From positions 1-64,000 of the forward strand of contig CAXHJY010000768.1 of assembly GCA_964016885.1 (NCBI GenBank): DNA of 64,000 nucleotides. The letters are read 5' to 3'. The translations under genes were made by a program, and so were the position numbers. This DNA comes from Eledone cirrhosa (taxonomy: Eukaryota). A model generated the notes under the pieces. It was not told the origin of the DNA and made no database searches. It was given only the letters and a program-made list of their open reading frames with translations. This document shows, piece after piece, positions 54,913 through 64,000 of the stretch (the first letter of the stretch is position 1; every line of letters starts with the position of its first letter).

Positions 54913-55494
54913 ATATATGCATACTATATATGGTGTTGTTTACGGCAAATCAAAGGGTGACACAGCTTGGCCTCAGCAATGGCATAATTCATATTTAGCT
55001 GAGTGGACTAGAGTCATGTGAAATAAAATGTCTTACTCAAGGACACAACTCTCCTGTCTAGGAATCCAACTCACAACCTTACAATCTCTCTCTCTCTCTC
55101 TGTCTCCCTCCCTATCTCTCGCTCTTTCTTTATCCCCCTCGCTGTCTTAATCACTCTCTCTCTCCCTTTCATGATCACCCCTCTCTTTCTTTCTTTATCC
55201 CTCTCTCTTTCTTTCTGTTTCTCTCCCTCCCTCTCTCTAGCTCTGTATTTATCTGTTACTCCTCCTCCTCTCTCACCTCCTTTATCTAAACTCCACTCTA
55301 ATGAGATCCAAAACAGAGGTTTATATGCTTCACTGAAGAATTCCATCGAGGCAGAAACAAGTTCATTGTTTTCACCATAAATAGATATATAGACAGACAG
55401 ATAGACAGATAGATAGATATATAGACAGAGAGATAGATAGATAGATAGATAGATATATTTCAGACAGACAGACAGACAGACAGATAGATTTCTA

Positions 55495-55692
55495 TTTATT
55501 GCCACTAGAGCGCAAAAAAGGGGACAAATACAAGGGGAGAGTTTACACAAAAAGTCGAGTAAAGAAAACAAATAAATATAAAATTAACAATAAAGTCCTG
55601 AATAGGGAGGGGCGTTTTTTGGGGGGGCGGGGTCGCACACAACCCCGATAAAAGTGTGCAACCCCTTCTCCTCAGGAGCACAAAGAGAGGGA
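55495..55692 (-). mobile_element. Tx1/L1-type LINE 3' UTR fragment within (GATA/GACA)n
   Basis: Reverse complement matches 50600-50812. Confidence 0.7.
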
Positions 55693-55949
55693 AGATACAT
55701 AGATAGATAGACAGATAGATATATAGACCGAAAAATAGGTAGATACATTGATAAAGCGAAAATATATAAATAGTTATATAGATATATAAATAGAATAGAT
55801 AAATAAATAAATGAATAAATGAATCAATGCACGAAAATATATATACACACAGACAAAACTATATATATATATATATACACACACCTATATATATATATAC
55901 ATACATACACACACACGTACCTATATATATTTATATATATACACACACC

Positions 55950-55980
<31 letters not shown>

Positions 55981-56180
55981 CATACACACACACGCACCTA
56001 TATATATATACATACACCTATATAATATATATATATATACATACACACAACACACCTATATATATATTTATATATACATACACACACACGCACCTATATA
56101 TATATACATACACCCATATAATATATATATATATACATACACACAACACACCTATATATATTTATATATATACACACACC

Positions 56181-56217
<37 letters not shown>

Positions 56218-56292
56218 CACACACACGTACCTATATATATTTATATATATACACACACCTATATAATATATATATATATATATACACACACC

Positions 56293-56329
<37 letters not shown>

Positions 56330-56419
56330 CACACACATGCATATATACATACACCTATATAATATATATATATACATACACACAACACACCTATATATAT
56401 TTATATATATACACACACC

Positions 56420-56460
<41 letters not shown>

Positions 56461-56510
56461 CACACACACGCATCTATATATATTTATATATACACACACC
56501 TATATAATAG

Positions 56511-56563
56511 GAGATTCCTGATGATTTCTAAAGAATGAAACAGTTCTAGTCCTGTAGAATCTC
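56511..56563 (+). ncRNA. Type I hammerhead ribozyme motif (family A'), essentially a stand-alone insert in microsatellite
   Basis: gagattc-CTGATGA-t ttct aa agaa t-GAAA-cag ttctagtc ctg-TA-gaatctc. Confidence 0.85.
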
Positions 56564-56817
56564 ATCTATATATATATATATATATATATACACATACACA
56601 CACACGCACCTATATATATTTAGATATATATATACACACACCTATATAATATATATATATATATATATACACATACACACACACGCACCTATATATATTT
56701 ATATATATATATATACACAGACCTATACACAGACCTATATAATATATATATATATATACTGCCAATGCTGGAATTGATCCATCAAGACCGTTGAAGTATG
56801 TCATACATCAATTCATA

Positions 56818-56882
56818 TATTTTATCTGATGAGGACGTACTGAAAAAACAGCATAGTTCCTCCGAAATATATATAATAAAAC
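56818..56882 (+). ncRNA. Type I hammerhead ribozyme motif (family I; element starts about 56757)
   Basis: tattttat-CTGATGA-ggacgtactg..tagttcctcc-GAAA-tatata-TA-ataaaa. Confidence 0.72.
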
Positions 56883-57365
56883 ATAAAATATATATAATAA
56901 AACATAAAATATATATAATAAAACATAAAATATATATAACCAAACATAAAATATATATAATAAAACATAAAATATATATAATAAAACATAAAATATATAT
57001 AATAAAACATAAAATATATATAATAAAACATAAAATATATATAACAAAACATAAAATATATATAATAAAACATAAAATATATATAATAAAACATAAAATA
57101 TATATAATAAAACATAAAATATATATAATAAAACATAAAATATATATAATAAAACATAAAATATATATAATAAAACATAAAATATATATAATAAAACATA
57201 AAATATATATAATAAAACATAAAATATATATAATAAAACATAAAATATATATAATAAAACATAAAATATATATAATAAAACATAAAATATATATAATAAA
57301 ACATAAAATATATATAATAAAACATAAAATATATATAATAAAACATAAAATATATATAATAAAAC
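56865..57365 (+). repeat. 21-bp minisatellite (ATAAAATATATATAATAAAAC), about 24 copies
   Basis: Directly visible; begins within the hammerhead 3' half. Confidence 0.95.
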
Positions 57366-57623
57366 TTTCCAGGGATAACTTGAACCGTTAAAGTATATTA
57401 TCCTTGGTCATGTCAAATATTTATAAAACATTTTATATTTTATCTGATGAGAGCGTACCAAAATTTTTGGTACCCTTGAAATGTATATAATAGAATAAAT
57501 ATGGTTTTATAAATATAGTTTCCATATCATATCATTGAATATTTACTGCAGAAAGCTGTTGAGTGCTCTGAATCAGTTATAAACATTTGTTGTATTTCCA
57601 ACAAATTAAATATCCCTTCTAAT
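57366..57623 (+). mobile_element. Family-F element with intact hammerhead at 57436-57497, nested in the family-I element
   Basis: Flanked by TATAATAAAAC at 57355-57365 and 57624-57634; the family-I sequence resumes afterwards. Confidence 0.78.
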
Positions 57624-57698
57624 TATAATAAAACATATATTTTGATTATGTGAACGTCTTCATTTATTAATATTTTGAATAATATTAATATTTATATG

Positions 57699-57733
<35 letters not shown>

Positions 57734-57748
57734 ATATATATTTATATG

Positions 57749-57783
<35 letters not shown>

Positions 57784-58104
57784 ATATATATATATATGTA
57801 TTATATATATATATATATATATATATGTATTATATATATATATATATATTATATATATGTATATATATGTATTATATATATGTATATGTATTATATATAT
57901 ATGTATATGTATATATATGTATTATATATATGTATATGTATTATATATATGTATATGTATTATATATATATGTATTATATATATATATATGTATTATATA
58001 TATGTATATGTATTATATATATATATGTATATGTATATATATATATTATATATATGTATATATATATATTATATATATGTATATGTATATATATTATATA
58101 TATG

Positions 58105-58145
<41 letters not shown>

Positions 58146-58299
58146 GTATATGTATTATATATATATATATGTATTATATATATATATATATATATGTATT
58201 ATATATATATATATGTATTATATATATATATATATATATGTATTATATATATATATATATAATACATATACATATATATAATACATATATATATATATG

Positions 58300-58341
<42 letters not shown>

Positions 58342-58382
58342 TTCAAAATATTTATAAATATAGACATTCATGTAATCAAATA

Positions 58383-58449
58383 TATTTCATTATATATATT
58401 TCAGAGGTACTGTGCTGTTTTTTTCAGTACGTCCTCATCAGATAAAATA
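58383..58449 (-). ncRNA. Type I hammerhead ribozyme motif (family I; element about 58338-58512; truncated third copy at 63218-63397)
   Basis: Minus strand: tattttat-CTGATGA-ggacgtactg..cagtacctct-GAAA-tatata-TA-atgaaata. Confidence 0.78.
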
Positions 58450-58550
58450 TATAAATTGATGTGTGACATACCTCAACTGTGCTGAAGGTTCAATTCCAGT
58501 CTTGGCAGTGATAATATATATATATATATATATGTATATATATGTATATG

Positions 58551-58583
<33 letters not shown>

Positions 58584-58588
58584 GTGTG

Positions 58589-58621
<33 letters not shown>

Positions 58622-58813
58622 GTGTATATATATACATATATATAAATATATATATACACATATATACATATATATATATACATATACATATATACATATA
58701 CATATACATATATACATATACATATATATATATACATATATATACATATATACATATATATACATATACATATATACATATACATATATATACATATACA
58801 TATATACATATAC

Positions 58814-58845
<32 letters not shown>

Positions 58846-59064
58846 ACATATATACATATACATATATATACATATACATACATATACATATACATATATA
58901 TACATATACATATATATACATATATATATACATATATATATACATATATATATATACATATATATACACATATATATATACATATATATACACATATATA
59001 TATACATATATACACATATATATATACATATATACACATATATATATACATATATACACATATA

Positions 59065-59120
<56 letters not shown>

Positions 59121-59239
59121 AACAAATATATATAGATATATACAAATATAAACATCGATCAATTCTACACTCCCACAAACACGTTATATATAAACCGAAG
59201 ATAAAAACTGAGTAAGTCAACATTTACAGAGATTATATA

Positions 59240-59381
59240 TACAGGTAAAATCCCGTTATAACAAACTGTTTTCCAATCCCGGGTGACAACGCCCGATCTA
59301 TTAGGTCGATCTCGTTATAAAGAATTTTTAGTTACAACCAATATTTTTAATACCCCGTAAATTTTGTTATAACGGAATTTT

Positions 59382-59384
<3 letters not shown>
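59240..59384. mobile_element. Tc1/mariner (pogo/Tigger-like) MITE
   Basis: TIRs gtaaaatcccgttataacaaa / tttgttataacggaattttac. Confidence 0.6.
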
Positions 59385-59439
<55 letters not shown>

Positions 59440-59959
59440 ATAATAATAAATGTGAAGACTAAAATCGAAAGAGGGCTCGATAAGGATAAATATATATCAA
59501 ATATATAAGAACCGTAGAGCAAATATATATTAAAATAACAGATTAAAGTTTAAGCAAAGAATCGCTGCTTTCACCCTTAACGGGATCTTCTGTATATGTA
59601 TATATATATATATATATAATGATTGTGTGTATGTGCATATATATATTTACACGCACACACAACATACACAGGCACACAAGCACACACACAGACAAGCACA
59701 CACACAAGCACACACACAGACACAAGCAGCCACACACACAGACACACACAGACACACACAGACACAGACACACAAACACACACGCACGCACACACACGCA
59801 CGCACACACACGCACAAGCACACACAGACACACAAGCACACACGCACAAGCACACACACACACAGACAAGCACAAGCACAGACACGCACACACACACACA
59901 CACAGAGACAAGCACACAGAGTGAGAGAAGAAGGAATGTGTCAAGGAAAGCATAGTTAC

Positions 59960-60107
59960 ATGGCAAGACATGGCTATAGCGGTTCTTGCGGGCATTCGCC
60001 GTATCCATGGCAACATCGGTAGAGCAGGGATCAGCTTCGTAGGCACACAGTGCCTCCCACTCCCGGTCTAGGCGGTCTTGGTTCTGCAGGTGGTCTTCCA
60101 TGTAGGA
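59960..60107 (-). CDS. PTPRN2: IA-2-like PTP exon ([49 protein letters not shown] + 1 nt)
   Basis: Acceptor ttctag ending at 60108 and donor gtaact starting at 59959; 148 bp = 49 codons + phase 1; contains the KNRY motif. Confidence 0.93.
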
Positions 60108-60121
60108 CTAGAATTGGTAGA

Positions 60122-60965
60122 GAGGTGGTGGTGGTGGTGGTGTAGTGGTGGTGGTGTGGTGTAGTGGTGGTGGTGTAGTGGTGGTGGTGGTGTGGTGGTG
60201 GTGGTGGTGGTGTAGTGGTGGTGGTGTGGTGGTGGTGTGGTGTAGTGGTGGTGGTGGTGGTGATGTGGTGGTGGTGGTGGTGTGGTGGTGGTGTAGTGGT
60301 GGTGTGGTGGTGGTGGTGGTGGTGGTGGTGGTGGTGGTGGTGGTGTGGTGGTGGCGGTGTGGTGGTGGCGGTGGTGGTGGTGGTGTGGTGGTGGTGATGT
60401 AGTGTAGTGGTAGTGTAGTGGTGGTGTAATGTAGTGTGGTGGTGTGGTGGTGGTGGTGGTGTGATGTAGTGTAGTGGTGGTGGTGGTGGTGTGATGTAGT
60501 GTAGTGGTAGTGGTGGTGGTGGTGGTGTAGTGGAGTAGTGGTGTAGTAGTATAATGGTGGTGGTGGTGCGGTGGGGGTTTAGTGGTGGTGGTGTAGTAGT
60601 TAGTGGTGGTGATGGTGTAGTGGTGGTGGTGGTAATGGTGTAGTGGTGGTGATGGTGTAGTGGTGGTGATGGTGTAGTGGTGGCGGTGGTGATGGTGTAG
60701 GGGTGGCGGCGGTGGTGATGGTGTAATGGTGGTGGCGGTGGTGATGGTGTAGTGGTGGTGATGGTGTAGTGGTGGTGGCGGTGGTGTAGTGGTGGCGGTG
60801 GTGATGGTGTAGTGGTGGCGGTGGTGATGGTGTAGTGGTGGCGGTGGTGATGGTGTAGTGGTGGTGGTGGTGATGGTGTAGTGGTGGCGGTGGTGATGGT
60901 GTAGTGGGAGTTTAGTGGTGGTAGTGTAGTAGTATGGTGGTGGTGTAGTAGTATAGTGGTGGTGG
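60122..60965 (+). repeat. (GGT)/(GTA)-rich repeat abutting the exon acceptor
   Basis: Directly visible. Confidence 0.93.
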
Positions 60966-61118
60966 GAGGGAGAGAAAAGAAAGAGAATTACAATTAATGA
61001 ATATAAAAACAGATAGAATGATTAAACAGATAGAGAGAGAAAGCGAGAGTCATATAGAGACAGATAAATAAGTGATATATACCTACCTGCCTATATAAAT
61101 ATATATACATACATATAG

Positions 61119-61150
<32 letters not shown>

Positions 61151-61157
61151 GTATATA

Positions 61158-61525
61158 TAATTGAATAAACAAGAGAGATGAACACTAATATAAACATACA
61201 TGTGTTCGAATCGTAAGGACCAAAATTTGCTAGGGTGAAAAAGTACTAACTACAGCATTATGGTTTGTTATCCTTAACTTTAAATATTAAATTAAGAAAA
61301 ATAAAGAAAAATAACATACCTATATTGGGCAAAATGCCTGGTAACAACTAGACAGTATTTGAGACTGTTTCGCAACAACTTATTAAGTCCTTAAGATTCG
61401 AACACATGTATGTTTATATTAGTGTTCACCTCTCTTGTTTATTCAATTATATTGTACAGCTCAGAAAAGCTTTTTTCTTAGAGCTATTCAATTGTAAGGG
61501 ACTACTCTGAGTTCTTAACTCAATA
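61158..61525. mobile_element. Fold-back element (arms about 61158-61220 / 61387-61450) with a tail related to 17345-17458
   Basis: Inverted repeat of about 62 bp; no canonical hammerhead core seen. Confidence 0.55.
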
Positions 61526-61637
61526 TATATATATATAAAAGGAACGATCGACTTTCGTCAAATCGAACCGAGGGAACAATGTTTCCGTTGGTCTTTCCAA
61601 TTGCTAATACTATCTATCGGTCGCAACTCCAGGTAGA

Positions 61638-61757
61638 AGGAGCAACGTGAAATAAAGTGTCTTGCTCAAGGACATAACGCATCGCCTGGTCCAGGAATCG
61701 AACTCACAAACTTACGATTGCGAATCCAATTCTCTAACCACTCCGCCACACGCCCTC
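61638..61757 (-). mobile_element. tRNA-SINE head and core related to family A
   Basis: Minus strand: TGGCGGAGTGG A-box, GAGTTCGATTCC B-box, GTCCTTGAGCAAGACACTT. Confidence 0.75.
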
Positions 61758-61829
61758 AATATATATATATATATATGAAAATGGACGTTAAACGATGATG
61801 ATGATATATATATATATATATATATATAG

Positions 61830-62020
61830 TTACGTTTTTCCGGGTTGAATCGGAGGTGACCACAGTAAGTAAGGTACTCAATACATAGCAGAGTATAAAA
61901 GTTTTAATATAGATGAGATTCTACAGGACTAGAACCGTTTCATTCTTTAGGGATTCCTGATGTTTTCTAAAGAATGAAACAGTTCTAGTCCTGTAGAATC
62001 TCATCTATATTAAAACTTAT
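61830..62020. mobile_element. Fold-back family-A' element; plus-arm hammerhead has a mutated core (CTGATGT)
   Basis: Matches 56511-56568 and 31085-31190. Confidence 0.75.
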
Positions 62021-62222
62021 ATATATATATATATAACGAAGGAGTTGTGGTAAGGAACCAGATGGACCATAACGCACCAGAGTACTCAATACTTAAGGTA
62101 GTAGAGTGGGTAATAGGACAAAGTATGACTCCGACGGCAGAGCTCAAGCCGTTTCGACAGCTATTTCTGTGTCCAGAAATAGCCATCGAAACGGCTTGAG
62201 CTCTGCCGTCGGGGTTAAACAT

Positions 62223-62260
<38 letters not shown>

Positions 62261-62683
62261 CAGTGTTGAACAAAATGGCAACGATGGTTGCCGAACACTG
62301 TACAGCTTAATTCGGGCTGTTTGTTTACAAACAAACCGAGCATTATAATAAATGTTTGGTAAACCCATACGTACATATATATGTGTGTACATGTATATAT
62401 ATATACATACTACTGTACGTCTGTATACATATATGTATGTACGTATACATACTTATATTTAAGTAACAGCCGTACTAAGAGTGAGAAATGAAATTTCATT
62501 TTTTCCATTTATTGTTTTCGGTACGCCCTGCCGACTAACTCACTCGATATGCAAATTAGGCTGCATTTTTTGTCTCTCTCTATATATATATGTATGTAAA
62601 AGGTAAACAGAAATAACAACACAATCGGTACAGTATATGGAAGGGATATATTAGGTTAACGCTTGATATAGCAGGAAGAGGGT

Positions 62684-62714
<31 letters not shown>

Positions 62715-62720
<6 letters not shown>

Positions 62721-63060
62721 TATTAAAAAGATAATGAATAAACAAAGAAACAGTTCCTTATATTAAACAAAAAAAGTTCATTATTTTACGAAAAATAGTT
62801 AGTTCAAATCCCGCCGAGGTTAACTTTGCCTTTCATCCTTACGGGGTCGATAAAATAAAGTACCAGTAATACACTGGGTGATTGCTGGCCTTGTGCCTAA
62901 AGTAGAAACAATTATTTTACGAAAAATAATGAACTTTTTTTGTTTAATATAAACAAAATAATCGTAAAATATAAACAAAATAATCGTAAAATAATGAACT
63001 TTTTTTGTTTAATATAAGGAACTGTTTCTTTGTTTATTCATTATTTTTTTAATAATTTAT
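62715..63060. mobile_element. Inverted repeat of about 80 bp interrupted by a SINE family B fragment (62801-62915)
   Basis: Arms 62715-62797 and 62982-63060. Confidence 0.65.
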
Positions 63061-63397
63061 CTTGACTCTGTATTCCGTTTATCTTTCACCGAAAGAGATT
63101 TTTGAATGCATCTCTTCTTTTCATGATATCCGGAGTACATTGAGTTCTTCATACGGATTGGACACTACCGTAAACTTTTGGTAGATTTATCTACATATAT
63201 ATATATATATATATATAACCAAAAGTTAAACAAGGTTCATTGATTAATCAATGAATATAGTTTTACAATAGATTAGAAGCACTCAACAGTGAAGTTTTCT
63301 GGAGCTATTAATATTACTTCAAAATATTAATAAATATAGACATTCATGTAATCAAATATATTTTATTATATATATTTCAGAGGTACTGTGCTGTTTC

Positions 63398-63982
63398 AGA
63401 GGGAGGGAGAGGGAGAGGGGTGAGAGGGAGGGAGAGGGAGAGGGGGGGAGAGGGAGGGAGAGGGAGGGAGAGGGAGGGAGAGGGAGGGAGAGGGAGGGAG
63501 AGGGAGGGAGTGAGAGAGAAGGAGTGAGAGAGAAGGAGTGAGAGAGAAGGAGTGAGAGAGAAGGAGAGAGAGAGAAGGAGTGAGAGATAGAGATGGAGAG
63601 AGAGGGAGAGAGAGATGGAGAGAGATGGAGAGAGAGATGGAGAGAGATGGAGAGAGGGGGAGAGAGATGGAGAGAGAGATGGAGAGATAGAGAGAGAGAG
63701 AGAGGGAAAGATAGAGAGAGAGGGGGAAAGAGTGAGAGGGAAAGATGGAGAGAGAGAGATGGAGAGAGAGAGAGATGGAGAGAGAGAGAGAGATGGAGAG
63801 AGAGAGAGAGAGAGATGGAGAGAGAGAGAGATATGGAGAGAGAGAGAGATATGGAGAGAGAGAGAGATATGGAGAGAGAGAGATGGAGAGAGAGAGAGAG
63901 AGATGGAGAGAGAGAGATATGGAGAGAGAGAGATGGAGAGAGAGAGATGGAGAGAGAGAGAGGGAGAGAGAGAGGGAGGGGG
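63398..63982 (+). repeat. Polypurine (GA)n/GGGA/GATGGA repeat (similar tract at 41797-41995)
   Basis: Directly visible. Confidence 0.95.
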
Positions 63983-64000
63983 CATCCCCAATAGATGATT

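Noticed and set aside
55325-55372. Possible hammerhead (CTGAAGA...GAAAC)
   Set aside because: No convincing stem I or stem II pairing
62549-62560. Octamer ATGCAAAT as a promoter or enhancer
   Set aside because: A single 8-mer in AT-rich DNA with no supporting context

Overview
Eukaryotic, extremely microsatellite- and transposon-rich DNA, most likely from a coleoid cephalopod (octopod-like). The organism is inferred from the repeat landscape and not proven. The only host gene I can support is an IA-2/phogrin (PTPRN/PTPRN2-family) receptor-type tyrosine phosphatase on the minus strand. Six consecutive phosphatase-domain exons (641 coding bp, about 1% of the window) have GT-AG boundaries and compatible phases; the rest of the gene lies outside the window. 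The introns contain tRNA-derived SINEs (two families), RTE, Tx1/L1 and CR1-type LINE fragments, two Penelope-like (GIY-YIG) fragments, MITEs and large micro/minisatellites. Almost all long ORFs in the six-frame track are repeat artefacts. The most striking unannotated signal is about 19 intact minimal type I hammerhead ribozyme motifs, plus mutated or truncated ones, in several short non-coding element families. These elements sit in (TA)n tracts, usually as fold-back inverted pairs, and show stem covariation and palindromic stem-III loops. Secondary signals are five minisatellites each seeded from inside a mobile element whose monomer is also in the window, and three exon codons that depart from the IA-2 consensus exactly as A-to-I editing would restore.
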